Shown piece after piece: positions 59,364-64,000 of a DNA stretch of 64,000 bases (positions within the stretch are counted from its first letter, which is position 1; every line of letters begins with the position of its first letter). Under the pieces are notes generated by a model. That model was given only the letters and a program-made list of their open reading frames with translations. It was not told the DNA's origin and ran no database searches. A program made the position numbers and the translations under genes. This stretch comes from Eledone cirrhosa (taxonomy: Eukaryota). The stretch spans positions 55,862,001 through 55,926,000 of the forward strand of contig OZ024743.1 of NCBI GenBank assembly GCA_964016885.1. The letters are read 5' to 3'.

Positions 59364-59658
59364 AGTATGACTACAGTAGAGGGTCGGACGCCATGCTTTG
59401 ACGTATAGAGTTACGGCCCTTGCCATTCTGAGTTCAAATCCCGCCGAGGTTAACTTTGCCTTTCATCCTTACGGAGGTCGATAAAATAAAGTACCAGTAA
59501 TACACTGAGATAATTGCTGGCCTTGTGCCAAAAGTAGAAATAATTATGACAACTATCATCATCACTATCCCCACCACCACCACCAACAACAACGACAACA
59601 ACATCATGTCACCACCATCATCACCACTATCACCACTACCACCACAACCACCACCACC

Positions 59659-59716
<58 letters not shown>

Positions 59717-59771
59717 TCATATCACCACCATCATCACCACTATCACCACTACCACCACAACCACCACCACC

Positions 59772-59829
<58 letters not shown>

Positions 59830-59884
59830 TCATATCACCACCATCATCACCACTATCACCACTACCACCACAACCACCACCACC

Positions 59885-59916
<32 letters not shown>

Positions 59917-60000
59917 CAACAACATCATATCACCACCATCATCACCACTATCACCACTACCACCACAACCACCACCACCACCACCACCACCACCACCACC

Positions 60001-60032
<32 letters not shown>

Positions 60033-60433
60033 CAACAACAACATCATATCACCACCATCATCACCACTATCACCATTACCACCACAACCACCACCATCAC
60101 CACTATCACCACTACCACCACAACCACAACCACCACCACCACCAACAACAACGACAACAACATCATGTCACCACCATCATCACCACTATCACCACCACTT
60201 ATACTGCCACAGCGGGTATTGTATGTAGTAGTGTACATCAAATGTCCATAAATGGGCTGAATGAGCAACTCAGTACATGGAAAAAAAGAAATTGATTCCT
60301 TTTCTGAAGAAAAAGATGACAGTGACTTCGAAGTTTAGATGAAATGTATTTTCAACCGTAATGTGGTTTCTTAACTCCATCTAGGACACGATTATCACTA
60401 GAAACCTAAGGTAGCCTCAACAAATGTAGTATG

Positions 60434-60486
<53 letters not shown>

Positions 60487-60488
<2 letters not shown>

Positions 60489-61395
60489 TATGTATACGTA
60501 CATATATATATATGTATACAGACGTACAGTAGCATATATATACATACATACACACACATATATATATGTACGTATGGGTTTACCGAACATTTATTATGAT
60601 ACTCGGTTTGTTTGTAAACAAACAGCCCGAATTATTAGCCGTACAGTGTTCGTCAACCATCGGTGCCCTTTTGTTCAACATTGACAAACGAACGATGAAC
60701 TAATTTCTAGCTTATTAGCTGTCATCAGCACTCTATACCTTCCTGTCAGTCGATTGAACGTTTGAAAGTATATACGTTCCTTATCCATATTAACGGCTGA
60801 GCAGCCTAATTTCCATATCGAGTGAGTTAGTCGGTCGGGTGTACCGAAAACGATAAATGGAAAAAATGAAATTTCATTTCTCACTCTTAGTACGGCTGTT
60901 ACTTAAATATAAGTATGTATACGTACATACATATCTGTATACAGACGTACAGTAGTCATTTTTTCCATTTATCGTTTTCGCTACACCCGGCCGACTAACT
61001 CACTCGATATGCAAATTAGGCTGCTCAGCCGTTAATATGGATAAGGAAAGTATATACTTTCAAACGTTCAATCGATACGGTGCTGCTGACAGTTAATAAG
61101 CTAGAAACTAGTTTATCGTTCCTTTGTCAGTGTTGAACAAAAGGGCAACGATGGTTGCCGAACACTGTACGGCTAATAATTCGGGCTGTTTGTTCACACA
61201 CAAACCGAGCATTATAATAAATGTTCGGTAAACCCATACGTACATATATATATATATATATATATATATGTGCATGTATGTATGTATATATACATACTAC
61301 TGTACGTCTGTATACATATATGTATGTACGTATACATACTTATATTTAAGTATCAGCCGTACTAAGAGTGAGAAATAAAATTCCAGTTTTTCCTT
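60487..61395. mobile_element. Family-E ~424-bp unit: >1-mer tandem followed by an inverted copy
   Basis: aagtatgtatacgtac at 60487 and 60911; strand switch at ~60956. HHR motifs on the minus strand at ~60694-60733 and on the plus strand at ~61077-61119. Confidence 0.8.
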
Positions 61396-61410
61396 ATATA
61401 TATATATTTA

Positions 61411-62030
61411 TGCTCGCACCAACCGGAGGTATCTGATTTTTAATGCGATGAAATACCAATGACGGTTGGCAAATCACTGATGAGGGACTAATTTTATAAT
61501 ATGTAATCCATGTAATCATATATATTTACCTAAACTGCGATTATCTGTTTCTCTCTTTCTCTCTTACTGCTCCCCCGTTCTCTCTGTTTCTCTCACCTTC
61601 TTTCGCCCCTCTGTCAGTTAACACTTTATCTCGACTGACCTCTTCCTCGCACTTCCACTCACCCACTCTCTGTTTCTCCCCTTCTCACTTCCTCCCGTTC
61701 GCTAGTAGTGGGGTTCCTTCTTTCTCACACCGCACTCACGGCGTACGGTCTGCTTCTCTGACCGCTCATGAAATTCACCCAGCTTATGCTGATCGGATAA
61801 CTACCATGTGGCTTGCTGTTTTTCCAACCTTCGGTTTGCTTTTCCTTCTGTTGTTTACTAGTCTCACTCGCTTTACGCGTTTTACTTGTCCCAATAGCTT
61901 ATTTTAGTTATTGCTCGCACCAACCTGAGGTATCTGATTTTTAATGCGATGAAATACCAATGACGGTTGGCAAATCACTGATGAGGGACTAATTTTATAA
62001 TATGTAATCCATGTGCAACCATGCAGTATT
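61411..62030 (+). repeat. ~105-bp direct repeats (61411-61513, 61912-62014); homolog at ~50100-50200 (minus strand)
   Basis: tgctcgcaccaacc.gaggtatctg...caCTGATGAgggactaattttataatatgtaatccatg; pLTR-like arrangement. Confidence 0.7.
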
Positions 62031-62044
62031 CTTCTCCCCTTGTT

Positions 62045-62500
<456 letters not shown>

Positions 62501-62520
62501 ATATATATATATATATATAT

Positions 62521-63005
<485 letters not shown>

Positions 63006-63030
63006 AAAAAATAGAATATATATATATTAT

Positions 63031-63293
63031 AGATAACGAGGAATCAATGATGCATCAAAACCCAATTTATTAACATATTACACATGTTTCTCCGACGACC
63101 AGTTCAAGGCAGGATCTTTTACAGATCGAACCCGACTGTGCATTCACAAGGTCTTCAGATATGTTTAGCGCTTTCAAAGCATTTCATCGGATGCAGAGTT
63201 AGGTTCGATCTGTAAATGAGTTGATCGTCGGTGAAACATATGAAAAGTGTTAATAAATTGTGTTTTGCTGCATCACTGATTCCTCGTTATCTA
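63031..63293. mobile_element. Imperfect inverted-repeat element (homolog at ~47296-47480)
   Basis: agataacgaggaatcaatgatgca... / ...tgcatcactgattcctcgttatct. Confidence 0.65.
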
Positions 63294-63459
63294 TAATAAT
63301 TGTTTCTACTTTTGGCACAAGGCCAGCAATTATCCAGTGCATTACTGGTACTTCATTTTATCGACCCTGTAAGGATGAAAGGCAAGTTATACTCTGCTCT
63401 GCGCTAGCATCGAGTGCTCAAACGGCATACCGCCTACGGACGTATTTACCTGCAACACT

Positions 63460-63581
<122 letters not shown>

Positions 63582-63829
63582 TAACAAATTTAATATACAA
63601 CTGGCTTCTACAGGACTAGAAGTGTTTCATTTGAAAGAAATTGAGTATTTACTTACTGTGGTTACCACCGATTGAACCTGGGACTCACACATATATATAT
63701 ATATACAGAGAACTCACTAGCAAAACCGAAAACTATAAGAGCTGAAAAATATCTGTTAACATGTTAAAATATACCCCACACCTTACAGACACATTCCTAC
63801 TGACCATCCCTCTACCACGAATTACTCTG

Positions 63830-63870
<41 letters not shown>

Positions 63871-64000
63871 TCTTAATAGGCATTTGAACTGTCAACAGGC
63901 TGCGGTTCGCACACACATTCCTGCTGACCATTATCACAACAACGAACCTCTTTACTACTACTACTACACACACACACACATATTTGTTTTGAAAGACTTA

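Noticed and set aside
61470-61515. HHR within the 105-bp direct repeats
   Set aside because: CTGATGA is present but no matching GAAA, stem III or stem I could be found.

Overview
Eukaryotic, AT-rich, microsatellite-saturated DNA with no host protein-coding gene that I can support. The SINE and microsatellite content resembles a coleoid cephalopod such as Octopus (inference from recall, not a search). Recognisable coding remnants are all transposon-derived: Penelope-like elements (PLEs; RT plus GIY-YIG, including Naiad-type copies), RLE-type non-LTR retrotransposons in (TAA)n and (TACA)n tracts, RTE fragments, a deleted mariner, a probable solo LTR and many tRNA-derived SINE pieces. The main signal is a dense population of minimal type I hammerhead ribozyme (HHR) motifs, read by eye, in short non-coding elements sitting in (TA)n tracts. 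Many are arranged as fold-back palindromes, and wherever polarity is readable the ribozyme-sense strand points away from the centre. The best example is a 3.5-kb palindromic array (22539-26053) of a near-identical 312-bp HHR-bearing unit: 6 units, a snap-back at an internal hairpin, then about 5.1 inverted units. It looks like rolling-circle reverse transcription of a retrozyme-like circular RNA, primed in (TA)n and followed by self-primed fold-back synthesis.
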